Assembly: GCA_016205965.1 (NCBI GenBank) | Contig: JACQSM010000090.1 | Span: forward strand, 1-43,276 | Origin: Candidatus Uhrbacteria bacterium | Lineage (GTDB): Bacteria; Patescibacteriota; Patescibacteriia; SG8-24 | Reading direction: 5' to 3' | Length of the DNA: 43,276 bases | In this document: in pieces, positions 8,026 through 16,822 of the stretch | Layout: the number at the start of each line of letters is the position of its first letter | Numbering within the stretch: position 1 is the first letter of the stretch | Made by a program: the position numbers and the translations under genes | The notes under the pieces: generated by a model | What the model was told of the DNA's origin: nothing | The model's input: the letters and a program-made list of their open reading frames with translations, nothing else | Databases searched by the model: none

Positions 8026-9453
8026 ATGCCCTCGCATGCCGATCAACAACTCTGGGAGCGCGAACAGGCCTTCATGAAGGAGGAGCGCAAGAAGAAGCCG
8101 GAGCTTTTTACGTTGGATCCGGCCAAGACCGGCGACCTGATGGAACGCATCGGCATCACCGGCCAGCCCAAGGGTCTGCCCGAGGGCTACATGCGTTTTT
8201 CGCCGCTCGACTTCCTGGTCGAGGAGATCGACGGCACGGGCAAGGTGGTCGAGATTTCGACGACGCCGGCCGACGGCATCCAGACCGATGCGTACACCGG
8301 CACGGTCTGGGGCGATCTGGTCAAGACGATGATTTCGACCTTGGACGGCGCCCAGCGCGTGGCCGATGCTTTGCGCGTCGGCATCGACAAGGTCCGCTAC
8401 GCCGGCATCAAGGACGCGGTCGCGGTCACGGCCCAGCGCATCAGCATCCGCGGAGTAAAAATCGATTCGGTGCGGTCGGCGAAAATTCCCAACGTTTTGT
8501 TGAAAAATCTGTTCGAGGGCAAGGGCGCCATGAACATCGGCGATCTCAAGGGTAACCGTTTCACCTTGTTCGTGCGTACCGGGCCGGATTTCGACGAGGA
8601 CATCGTCCGTTCGCACCTGGCGATTCTGGCCGACGAGGGCGTCATCAACTATTACGGCGAGCAGCGCTTCGGATCGCCGCGCTTTTTGGCCCATGTCTTC
8701 GGGCTGCACATGTTCCGGGGCGATTTCGAGGGTGCCGTCAAAGCGTACTTGTGCATGCCGAGCACTTTCGAGGTGCCCTACATCGCCGAAATACGCGCCC
8801 GGGCGACGGCCAAGTACGGCGACTGGCAGGCGATGCTCCGCGAGTTCGAGCGGCTGCCCTACACTTTCCGCTATGAGATCGTGATGCTGCGCGAACTGAT
8901 GTTGCCGCGCGGCGCCGACAAATGGGTCTCGACGCTCGAGGCGGTGTCGCAGCAGGCCGGACTGTGGGCCTACGCCTACGCGAGTTATCTGACCAACGTG
9001 CTGCTGTCCGACTTTGCGCTCCGCAAAGTCGCGCCGCCGGCCGAGGTGCCGCTGCTGTTGTCGCAAGACGCCGACGTAGCCCAGCTGTACTGGCAGTGGC
9101 TCGAGGCCGACGGGGCGACCGAGTACGCGACGCATCTGCAGCGGCTGCCGTTCATCATGTTCGGCAAGTCGCCGGCGATCACTTCCAAGGTGAAGGCGAC
9201 GGTGCTGGGATTCAAAGTCGTGCCCGACGGCGTGGCGGTTTCCTTCGAACTGCCCAAGGCCGCCTACGCCACGACAATTTTGCGCAATCTTTTTTCGATC
9301 CGGGGCGGGCTGCCGCTGCCGGCTTGGCTCAAGAAGACGGAGTACGACACCAAGGAATTGTTGGGTACCGGCTCACTGGCCGATGTCAGAAAGCTGTTCG
9401 CCAAGGAGATCGAGGAGGCCGTAAGACAAAAAGGCGCGGAGGCGGCAGAATAG
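8026..9453 (+). CDS. truD: tRNA pseudouridine(13) synthase
   Basis: DFLVEEI, YAGIKDAVAVTAQ (catalytic Asp), GDLKGNRF, NYYGEQRFG, FELPKAAYAT. Confidence 0.9.
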   Translation: MPSHADQQLWEREQAFMKEERKKKPELFTLDPAKTGDLMERIGITGQPKGLPEGYMRFSPLDFLVEEIDGTGKVVEISTTPADGIQTDAYTGTVWGDLVKTMISTLDGAQRVADALRVGIDKVRYAGIKDAVAVTAQRISIRGVKIDSVRSAKIPNVLLKNLFEGKGAMNIGDLKGNRFTLFVRTGPDFDEDIVRSHLAILADEGVINYYGEQRFGSPRFLAHVFGLHMFRGDFEGAVKAYLCMPSTFEVPYIAEIRARATAKYGDWQAMLREFERLPYTFRYEIVMLRELMLPRGADKWVSTLEAVSQQAGLWAYAYASYLTNVLLSDFALRKVAPPAEVPLLLSQDADVAQLYWQWLEADGATEYATHLQRLPFIMFGKSPAITSKVKATVLGFKVVPDGVAVSFELPKAAYATTILRNLFSIRGGLPLPAWLKKTEYDTKELLGTGSLADVRKLFAKEIEEAVRQKGAEAAE

Positions 9454-9470
9454 ATGATGGCGGTCGGAAT

Positions 9471-9503
9471 AAAAAAGTCCGAGGTGCAAAACCTCGGGTG
9501 TTT
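9471..9503. terminator. Terminator between convergent truD and Nudix genes
   Basis: A-tract, then CCGAGGT-GCAAA-ACCTCGG hairpin. Confidence 0.6.
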
Positions 9504-9507
9504 GATG

Positions 9508-10188
9508 TCAGCTCCGCGCGGCGACCAGCTCCGGGTGGCGCAGAAACAGGGCACCGAGGGCGGAGAGCGTGAAGGAGTCGTAGAGCTTGTCCTCCTCCAG
9601 CAGGCTGCGGAGTTCGGCCAAGGTGAAGAAGCGGACGGCGGACAGCTTCTTCTCGTACGGGTCCGGCCGATCGGCGGGCTTCTTGGTCGGATCGATCCGG
9701 CCCCAGGTCATCCGGCCCAGGTGGACGCTGAAGGCGCGGTTGTCGCAGATCGGTCCCAAGTCCTCGATCGAGACCACCTGGGAGCCGCTTTCCTCTTGGG
9801 TCTCGCGGGCCGCGGTCTTGAGCGCCGACTCCTCGGCGTTCGAGAACCCGCCCAAGAGTTCCCAGGACTCGCGTCCGACTTCGGACCAATCGACTCGCGG
9901 ATACTCCTTGGCGAACTTCTCCTGGTCCCGGGTCTGCGGACGCCAGTTCTTCTGGAGCCCGATGCGGTTCCGGGCGTCGACGGGCAGGAACACGGCGCCG
10001 CCGCGTTCGATCCGGACGATCTGGTCGTAGAGCGGCTCATCCTTTTCGTTGACCCACATGACGCGGGCCACATGCGATCCCAACTTGGAGTTGCCGATGA
10101 GGTGACCATCGGCGCCGAGGTTCCACCCCGGGGTCTTGCCAGCCGCCAGCAACTTCTCTTCTTGAAACTCAATGACCTTGTTTGGCAT
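9508..10188 (-). CDS. Nudix hydrolase (ADP-ribose pyrophosphatase-like)
   Basis: Nudix box GGFSNAEESALKTAARETQEESG; KNWRP and LYDSFTLSAL motifs; start uncertain (ATG 10188 or GTG 10233). Confidence 0.8.
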   Translation of the reverse strand: MPNKVIEFQEEKLLAAGKTPGWNLGADGHLIGNSKLGSHVARVMWVNEKDEPLYDQIVRIERGGAVFLPVDARNRIGLQKNWRPQTRDQEKFAKEYPRVDWSEVGRESWELLGGFSNAEESALKTAARETQEESGSQVVSIEDLGPICDNRAFSVHLGRMTWGRIDPTKKPADRPDPYEKKLSAVRFFTLAELRSLLEEDKLYDSFTLSALGALFLRHPELVAARS

Positions 10189-10303
10189 CGCTTCGTCCGC
10201 GCGCCTAAGGCGCATCGGGACGGCGTCCGACACCTGTCAGACAGCCATTCGATTGGTTCCGGGCGCCAGCCCGGCCTTCCCCGCAGGGAGCCAAACTCGC
10301 GGC

Positions 10304-10365
10304 CAGCTTGGCATTTGCGCACCGGCGCGTCAAGGCTTGACGCGGCTCGGAAAAACCGCTACGCT
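10304..10365. promoter_or_regulatory. Back-to-back divergent sigma70 promoters
   Basis: Palindrome CGCGTCAAG-G-CTTGACGCG supplies TTGACG on both strands; plus: 17 bp then TACGCT; minus: 17 bp then (TG-n)CAAGCT. Confidence 0.55.
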
Positions 10366-10403
10366 GAAACGTTCTTGTTCATTCCACCTGAAAGGAGAAG
10401 TCC

Positions 10404-11234
10404 ATGAGCAGCGGCTCGAAGCAGAAGGTGCTTGCCGTCGCAACGGACGAGCATACGACCAAAGACGGCCGGGAAGAGAGCCAGAAGCGACGGCTCGAGC
10501 GCATGAATGAGGTGTTGCGAGAGTATCGGCTGGCCGAACTGCGCCATACCGGAACCTGGCAGCGCGGGGAATTCGAACTCGTCGATATCGTCGAGGTCTG
10601 GGATAATCGTTTCTACGTCATCGTGCAATTCTCCTGCATCCGGCCGGACGGCAACCACGGCGCCTACTTCATGAAGTTCGCCCGCGACGGAGGCGGACGG
10701 CGCGGCGTGTTGACCTTGTGCCTCCTCTACGACGACGCTCGTGACGAGACCTTGCTCGCCTTCACCCGCCAGCACCGCCCGACCATGCTGGTGCGCGAGT
10801 CGTCCGCCTGGACGACGGAGGTGGCGCGATGCTGGAGCACGACCCAGCTGCAGCCGACCGTTCTTGACCGGCGCCTCCAAGGGGCGACGCCCGACGCGAA
10901 CGGCGCGGCGAGTCATCCGGTGAGCGCGCTGGGGACCGAACTGATGCCGCTCTTTGCCGAGGGCAAGACGGAGATCACGCAGTTCTCGATACTTAGCGCC
11001 GCTTGTCCGGAGGATACCGGCATGAGCGCCTGCCTCAATGATATCTGGCTCGTCGAGCTGGCAATCCGCGACCGCGCCTACGTCGATGCGGTGCGCGGCA
11101 ACGGCATCATCGGCATCCGTCTCTATCCCGTCGCCGACGTGGTGGCGCGGCGTAAGGAGCTCGGTCTCACCGACGACCATAGCTGCACCGCGCTGCTACA
11201 TTTGTGGGAGCATCTTAATTTCATTCGCATGTAA
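10404..11234 (+). CDS. Hypothetical protein, degenerate Nudix-fold-like
   Basis: SD GAAAGGAG; LLAFTRQHRP, WTTEVAR, PEDTGMS, IRLYPV, TDDHSCTALL follow the order of ADP-ribose pyrophosphatase motifs but there is no REUXEE box. Confidence 0.6.
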   Translation: MSSGSKQKVLAVATDEHTTKDGREESQKRRLERMNEVLREYRLAELRHTGTWQRGEFELVDIVEVWDNRFYVIVQFSCIRPDGNHGAYFMKFARDGGGRRGVLTLCLLYDDARDETLLAFTRQHRPTMLVRESSAWTTEVARCWSTTQLQPTVLDRRLQGATPDANGAASHPVSALGTELMPLFAEGKTEITQFSILSAACPEDTGMSACLNDIWLVELAIRDRAYVDAVRGNGIIGIRLYPVADVVARRKELGLTDDHSCTALLHLWEHLNFIRM

Positions 11235-11309
11235 CCCGTGATCTTCGATCGCGGGTTTTTTTAAAATACGGAAATCAAAAGAAAAAACCCTCCTTTTGAG
11301 GGGAGGGGG
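11233..11309. terminator. Pair of convergent terminators
   Basis: AACCCGTGATC-TTC-GATCGCGGGTT plus T-tract (plus strand); A-tract plus CCCTCC...GGAGGG hairpin (minus strand). Confidence 0.65.
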
Positions 11310-11315
11310 TAAAGC

Positions 11316-12782
11316 TTAGGCATCCAGGGTCAGCGGCCCGTCGTGGCTGCCGTGGAGCAGCGGGATGACTCCGCGGAGTTCGCCGGCCAACGACGCCAGC
11401 GATGCCTCGGAGCCGTGGGCCAGCACGGCGGCTTGCGGGCGAAGCTCCTGGAACCAGTCCAGGGTCTTGCCGCGGGACTCGTGGCCGCCGATCCTCATCT
11501 GCGCCACGTGGCACTTGACCGGGTAAGTCTCCTTGACCCAGCCGCCCTTGATCAGACGGCCCTTGTGGGTGCGGTCGCGCTTCAGGACATCGAAGGTGAC
11601 CTCGATCTCGTTTCCGGTCGCATCCCGTTCGCGGGCGGCGGCCAGGATCTTGGCCCCGTCCGTGTCCGGCGCGACGTAGCCGGAGAACAGGATCAGCGCG
11701 TCCGGATCGGACAGGAGGAACTTGCGCCACTGGGTGAACGGTCCGCCCGGACCGCCCATGCCGGCGGTGGTGACGATGGTGAAGTTGCCGTTCCTGGCGA
11801 TTTCGTAGCGGCTCTCACCGTCTTCGGCGCCGCCCATGTAGCGTTCCGACACCCTTTCGACCTCGGTGGCATCGATGGCTTCATCGCCGGGCCACCAATG
11901 ACCCTCGCCGGTCTCCATGATGTCGGTGTACAGCTCGGCCTTGCCGTCCAACAGGAGCCGGCCGAAATCGCCGATGCCGGCTTGCTGAAACATGTGGGCC
12001 ACGGCCGCGCTCCGATGCAGGGCGAAGGCGGGAACGGCCACCGATGAGCCACGGAGCAGGGCCTGCTTGGCCAGCTCGGTGCCGCGATCCCATTCGTCTC
12101 GGTAGACGCGCTTGTCGGAATCGGGGTCGGCGCCGTAGGTGCAATCCGTGCCGGCGAAGACGTCGGGCCGCCATTCGGGCGGCAGCGGCGGCGCGCCCTT
12201 GATGCCTGGCTGGTCATGGGTGCAGCGGTCGCCGGCATAGTGGATCTTGAGCTTGCCCACCTTGAGGGTGAACGAGCAGGCGCCCTGGATGTGGCCGGCC
12301 GGCCAGACGAGGGCGGGAATCCCGTGAAGGATCTCGACCTCGCCGGGCTTGCGGATGATCAGGGCTCGCCGGCTGATCTCGCCGTTCTCGAACAACACGC
12401 GCTGCTGGCCGGCCTTGTCCAGGCCGATGGCGTTGTCCTTGAGGACGTGCATGGCCACGGTGAACGACCCCTTGGTCATGACGACGCGGGCCTCGCGGCT
12501 CATGAACGGCAGCAGTTTGGTGACGGCGCCGAAGTGATCGGCGTGGACATGGGTGATCAGGACGGCGTCGATCTTTTTGCCGTCGTTGAACAGCGAGAAG
12601 TCCGGGTAGTGCAGCTTGCGCGGACCGCCCGGAAGGGGGATCTGCGTCAGACCGCAGTCGATGACGATGCGGTACTTGACCGCGCCGTTCTCGACGACGT
12701 CCATGACGCCGCATGAGGGTTCGATGCTGTCGGGCGAATTGCGCACGCCCAGACGATGGAGAACGACTTTGCTATTGGCCAC
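11316..12782 (-). CDS. MBL-fold beta-CASP nuclease (CPSF73-like)
   Basis: IDCG, THVHADHFG, AGHIQG, YAGD, DCTYG, PAFALHR, GYVAPDT, GGH, LAHG; GTG start with ACAGGAGG. Confidence 0.85.
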   Translation of the reverse strand: MANSKVVLHRLGVRNSPDSIEPSCGVMDVVENGAVKYRIVIDCGLTQIPLPGGPRKLHYPDFSLFNDGKKIDAVLITHVHADHFGAVTKLLPFMSREARVVMTKGSFTVAMHVLKDNAIGLDKAGQQRVLFENGEISRRALIIRKPGEVEILHGIPALVWPAGHIQGACSFTLKVGKLKIHYAGDRCTHDQPGIKGAPPLPPEWRPDVFAGTDCTYGADPDSDKRVYRDEWDRGTELAKQALLRGSSVAVPAFALHRSAAVAHMFQQAGIGDFGRLLLDGKAELYTDIMETGEGHWWPGDEAIDATEVERVSERYMGGAEDGESRYEIARNGNFTIVTTAGMGGPGGPFTQWRKFLLSDPDALILFSGYVAPDTDGAKILAAARERDATGNEIEVTFDVLKRDRTHKGRLIKGGWVKETYPVKCHVAQMRIGGHESRGKTLDWFQELRPQAAVLAHGSEASLASLAGELRGVIPLLHGSHDGPLTLDA

Positions 12783-12863
12783 GGCGGCCTCCTGTGTACG
12801 GCCGTGCCCTTGAGGGCAGGGCGGGTTTGGTCAATGAACTTGTCCCGTTGAAGGGAACCGCAA

Positions 12864-12892
12864 AACATAGCAAAAAATAAGGCTAATGTCAA
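12864..12892 (-). promoter_or_regulatory. sigma70 promoter of the beta-CASP gene
   Basis: Minus strand TTGACA, 17 bp, TATGTT. Confidence 0.65.
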
Positions 12893-12925
12893 GGTAAGGC
12901 GAATATGTTACGGTTTCACTAGCCT

Positions 12926-14002
12926 ATGTCGTTTATTTTGGTTCCCCTGGCCGCATTCGCGGTCGCCGCCCTGGTGACGCCTCTGGTCGCTCGATTCGCC
13001 GTCCGCGCCGGCGTCGTTGACCGGCCGACTTCGCCGCGCAAGGTCCATACCAAGCCGGTGCCGCTCTTGGGCGGCTGGGCCCTCTGGCTCGGGTTGGCGG
13101 CGGCGATTGCGACCGCGATCCAGCTCGGCGCCATCCCCGGGCCGCACATCAAAGAAAAATTCCTGCTCGGCATTTTGCTGGCGACGCTGTTGTTGGTCGT
13201 CGGCGGTTCGCTCGATGATCGTTTCGACCTGCGCCCGGCCAAGCAGATCGTCTGGCCGGTCCTGGCCGCGCTGGTCATCATCATGAGCGGCATCGGCGTC
13301 ACGGCCGTCACCAACCCGTTCGGCGGCCTGCTCTACCTCGACCGCTGGCAATTCACCGCCGTCACCTTTGGCGGCATCCCGTACAAGATCACCGTCATCG
13401 CCGACCTCTTCACCCTGGCCTGGCTGCTCGGCATGACCTACACGACCAAATTTTTCGACGGTCTCGACGGCCTGGTTTCCGGCGTCACGGTCATCGGCGG
13501 CCTGGTGATCGCGGCGGTCAGCCTGACCAAAGACGTGGCCCAGCCCGACACCGCCTTTTTGGCGCTCGGTTTGGCCGGCGCCAGCCTCGGATTCTTGGTC
13601 TGGAATTTCCATCCGGCCAGGATTTTTCTCGGCGAAGGCGGATCGACCTTGGCCGGTTTCATGCTCGGCGTGCTCGCCATCGTCTCGGGCGGCAAGATCG
13701 CCACGACGCTCTTGGTGCTGGGCCTGCCGCTCTTCGACGCCGCCTTCGTCATCGTCCGGCGCCTGCTCGAGGGGAAGTCGCCGGCTTTGGCCGACCGTTC
13801 GCATCTGCACCATCGTCTGCTCGATCTCGGTTTCAGTCACCGTCAGGCGGTGCTCTTCATGTATGCGATCGCGGCCGCTTTCGGGGCCTCGACCTTGGTG
13901 TTGCGCGGCGCACAAAAAGTGGCCGCTCTCGGTTTTTTGTTGAGCATCTTGATCGCCATCGTGGCGGCCAGTTTGGCGGCGAAACGAAAGACATATGATT
14001 GA
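12926..14002 (+). CDS. Glycosyltransferase family 4 (WecA/TagO-like undecaprenyl-phosphate GlcNAc-1-P transferase)
   Basis: RKVH..PVPLLGG, LDD, DGLDGL, NFHPARIFLGEGGS, ADRSHLHHRL; many TM helices. Confidence 0.9.
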   Translation: MSFILVPLAAFAVAALVTPLVARFAVRAGVVDRPTSPRKVHTKPVPLLGGWALWLGLAAAIATAIQLGAIPGPHIKEKFLLGILLATLLLVVGGSLDDRFDLRPAKQIVWPVLAALVIIMSGIGVTAVTNPFGGLLYLDRWQFTAVTFGGIPYKITVIADLFTLAWLLGMTYTTKFFDGLDGLVSGVTVIGGLVIAAVSLTKDVAQPDTAFLALGLAGASLGFLVWNFHPARIFLGEGGSTLAGFMLGVLAIVSGGKIATTLLVLGLPLFDAAFVIVRRLLEGKSPALADRSHLHHRLLDLGFSHRQAVLFMYAIAAAFGASTLVLRGAQKVAALGFLLSILIAIVAASLAAKRKTYD

Positions 14003-14456
14003 TCGCCGAATCGCCGGATGGCTCATTGCGGCCATTCTGGCAGCCGTGGCCGCCGCTGCCTACGTCGCCGCGCCGCCAGGACGCGCCATGGAACGGGGCA
14101 GCCTCAAGATCGGCGGAATCGACATCAGCGTCGACATCGCTCGCAACGCCGTCGAACGCGAGCGGGGACTCTCCGGCCGGCCGTCCTTAGAAGACGGGCA
14201 GGGGATGCTGTTCGTCTTTCCCAAGCCCGGCCGATACGCTTTTTGGATGAAGGACATGCGTTTTCCGATCGATATCGTCTGGTTGCGCCGGGGCGTTATC
14301 GCGGCCATCGCCCATGATGTGCCGCCGCCGTCTCGGGGCCGGCAGCCCGAGACCAGGATGCCGGAGGTCGAGGTTGATGCCGTGTTGGAGGTGCCGGCTG
14401 GCTATGCCGCAGCCCATGGTTTCGGACCGGGTATGCCGGTGGAAATGCCGCTGTAG
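13995..14456 (+). CDS. DUF192 domain protein
   Basis: ERERGLSGR, GMLFVF, FWMKDMRFPIDIVW, VLEVPAG; N-terminal TM/signal. Confidence 0.88.
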   Translation: MIDRRIAGWLIAAILAAVAAAAYVAAPPGRAMERGSLKIGGIDISVDIARNAVERERGLSGRPSLEDGQGMLFVFPKPGRYAFWMKDMRFPIDIVWLRRGVIAAIAHDVPPPSRGRQPETRMPEVEVDAVLEVPAGYAAAHGFGPGMPVEMPL

Positions 14457-14465
14457 ATAAGCCTC

Positions 14466-14494
14466 TTGACGCGTTTTTGGCCATCGTTTACACT
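14466..14494 (+). promoter_or_regulatory. sigma70 promoter of rplU
   Basis: TTGACG, 17 bp, TACACT. Confidence 0.7.
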
Positions 14495-14517
14495 GTGTCC
14501 ATTGCTTAAAGAGCACT

Positions 14518-14838
14518 ATGGCCCAGTTCGCAGTCATCCAAACCGGCGGCAAGCAATACCTGGTCAAGGCCGGGGACATGCTTCGCGTCGAAAAACTTGA
14601 GTCCCAGGCCGGAGACAGCCTGTCGTTCGAGGCGCTTCTGGTCGCCGACGAGGACGGCAAAGCCGTCAAAGTCGGAGCCCCCAAAGTCGCCGGCGCTTCC
14701 GTCGCCGCCAAGGTCGTCAGCCAGGGCCGCGCCAAAAAGGTCTCCATCATCAAGTTCAAGAACAAGATCCGCTACAAGCGAAAGAACGGCCATCGCCAGG
14801 ACTTCACCGAGGTGAAGATCGAAGCCGTCAAAGCCTAA
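14518..14838 (+). CDS. rplU: 50S ribosomal protein L21
   Basis: FAVIQTGGKQYLV, KNGHRQDFT. Confidence 0.97.
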   Translation: MAQFAVIQTGGKQYLVKAGDMLRVEKLESQAGDSLSFEALLVADEDGKAVKVGAPKVAGASVAAKVVSQGRAKKVSIIKFKNKIRYKRKNGHRQDFTEVKIEAVKA

Positions 14839-14843
14839 AAAGA

Positions 14844-14883
14844 AAAAAAGCCGCTCCGAGAAATCGGGGCGGTTTGCGTTTTA
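14844..14883. terminator. Bidirectional terminator
   Basis: A-tract, CCGCTCCGA-GAAA-TCGGGGCGG, T-rich tail. Confidence 0.65.
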
Positions 14884-15555
14884 TCTCACGGCACGCTGCG
14901 GCTCCCACCACGAGCCCATGATCGCTTGCGGGCGGCGCAGGCCGGCCGGGGCCAGGAGGAAGTTGCGGATGGCGTTCGATGGGATGGCATAGAGAGCGTC
15001 GGCGTCGCGGCTGTGGCAGCTGACGCGTTGGGCCATGCCGATCAGTCGGCCCTTGACGTTGAAGAGCGGACCGCCGCTGGTGCCGTATTCGGCGGCCATC
15101 GAGCTGGTGAACTCGGGAAGCAGTTCATGCCAGCTGAAAGCGGTGATCGGGCCGACGGCGAGCTTGGGGCCCGTAGCGTCGTTGCCGACGCGATACACCG
15201 TGTCGTGGAGCAGCAGGCGGTTGGAATCGGCGAGGCGTACCGGGCGCAGATCCTCCGGCGGATCGCGCAGCTTCAGAAGCGCCAGATCGGCGACCTTGTT
15301 GGCGTCGATCAGCTCGGCCGGATGGCTCGAAAGGACTTCGGGCGCCCAGCTCTTTTCCGGCAGGTGGAGCCGGCGCACCATGATGCTGGTTCCATTGGCG
15401 ATGACGTGCTGTGCGGTGACGACGTAACCGTTTTTCGCGGCAATGAAACCGGCGGCTTCCCAGGTTTTGCCCTCGGCGTCGGTAACGGCGACGTAGACGG
15501 CGCTCCCGACAATGCGTTGGAAGAGGCGGCGCTTGATTTCGTGGAATTGCTGCAA
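14881..15555 (-). CDS. Trypsin-like (S1C/Trypsin_2) serine protease
   Basis: Triad motifs VTAQHV, ADLALLK, GTSGGPL; TTG start after AAAAGGAGG; no signal peptide or PDZ domain. Confidence 0.85.
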   Translation of the reverse strand: MQQFHEIKRRLFQRIVGSAVYVAVTDAEGKTWEAAGFIAAKNGYVVTAQHVIANGTSIMVRRLHLPEKSWAPEVLSSHPAELIDANKVADLALLKLRDPPEDLRPVRLADSNRLLLHDTVYRVGNDATGPKLAVGPITAFSWHELLPEFTSSMAAEYGTSGGPLFNVKGRLIGMAQRVSCHSRDADALYAIPSNAIRNFLLAPAGLRRPQAIMGSWWEPQRAVR

Positions 15556-15643
15556 GGCAGCCTCCTTTTGGCAAAGATCGTTCTTCGCTGACCATATCGC
15601 GCCCCGGGAGCCGAGGCAAGGCGGCGCATGCTATCATGGAACC

Positions 15644-15986
15644 ATGGCTCGGTCCTCATCGCATATTCCGCGCAATGTCCTGGTCGTCGGCGTCGTGGCG
15701 TTTTTCGCCGGCATCGCAAGAAGATCAGATTGCCGCGGCGGTTCTGGGTTTTCTTGCTGATCGCTTTCTTGGCCGCCGGCACTCGGGCCGGCGACGCCCT
15801 GATGCTGTTGCGAGCCCGCGATGTCGTCGTGCCGATCGCGGCCGTGCCGCTGCTCTATGCGCTCTTCCATCTGGTGTACGCGTCGTTGGCGTATCCCTTC
15901 GGCGCGTTTTCATTTCAGCCCTCGGCGCTCTAGTCGCCGCCGTACTGTACGGAGGATTGATGCGGCGGCTTCAGGTCAAATCTTGA
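15644..15986 (+). pseudogene. Internally deleted MFS transporter remnant
   Basis: Three out-of-frame pieces: MARSSSHIPRNVLVVGVVAFFAGI / LPRRFWVFLLIAFL..GDALMLLRARD..VPLLYALFHLVYASLAYPFG / FISALGALVAAVLYGGL. Confidence 0.65.
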
Positions 15987-16046
15987 CGGAAGCCCGAAAA
16001 AATGAGAGGCTTGCGTGAAGCTTGACGGTCAAGGAGGCCGTCGCTC

Positions 16047-16310
16047 ATGATTAAGCTCTTTTCTCTCGAATCGCGCCTTTGGGCGGCGAACATCATCAAT
16101 GTGGTGGCGATGTTCACGGGTCTCTTGAAGGTGATTGAGGTGCATAGCGGCGCCTCGGTTTCCGTGCTGATGTACGGCATGTTCGCCTTCATCCAGATCA
16201 CGTTCGCCGAGATGGCCTGGAAGAACCGCTCGTACACCACGTTCGGCGGCATGATGATCTGTTTTTGCGTCTCGTTGACCATCATGGTGCTGGCATGTCT
16301 GTGGCCTTGA
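16047..16310 (+). CDS. Small hypothetical membrane protein (about 3 TM)
   Basis: AAGGAGG SD; hydrophobic 87 aa ORF. Confidence 0.6.
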   Translation: MIKLFSLESRLWAANIINVVAMFTGLLKVIEVHSGASVSVLMYGMFAFIQITFAEMAWKNRSYTTFGGMMICFCVSLTIMVLACLWP

Positions 16311-16368
16311 TGGAGCAATCCCGCTGTGTCTTAACACCGGCCAAACTCTGGCCAACAAGGAGGCTGCC

Positions 16369-16803
16369 ATGGTGCCAAACTATGGAAAGTTGTTGAGGAT
16401 GTCCGCGGTGCTTATGACGTTGTCCGCTGCCTTGCTCGGCTGCGCGCAAGAAGCCGAATGCAAGCAAAGCACGAGACGCATAGACAATATCGCGCGCGTG
16501 TTCATGCACCAGCCGAAAAGCTACTCGTTTCTCATTCATTTCGTGGACAGTGACGACGGTTATCCGATCTTCAATGTCGTGCGTTTTGAAGACGGCAAGA
16601 AGTTCTCGCACTATCTGAGCATCGTGTTTGTTGCTGATGTGGCGCCGGAAAATCCCATGTGGGCGCGGGAAGAATTCGTCGGTGTCGCGGGTGAGAATTG
16701 CATCTACTCCGCGGAGATACACATCCACTCACCGGCCGACATCAGCGGTGCCGGCTGGAATCACGGCAAGTCCGGCAGCGGTCAGACCAATGTCGTCGAG
16801 TAG
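16369..16803 (+). CDS. Hypothetical lipoprotein
   Basis: AAGGAGG SD; signal peptide with lipobox LLGC; followed by hairpin TAGTCC-CAAGC-GGACTA-T7. Confidence 0.7.
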   Translation: MVPNYGKLLRMSAVLMTLSAALLGCAQEAECKQSTRRIDNIARVFMHQPKSYSFLIHFVDSDDGYPIFNVVRFEDGKKFSHYLSIVFVADVAPENPMWAREEFVGVAGENCIYSAEIHIHSPADISGAGWNHGKSGSGQTNVVE

Positions 16804-16822
16804 TCCCAAGCGGACTATTTTT

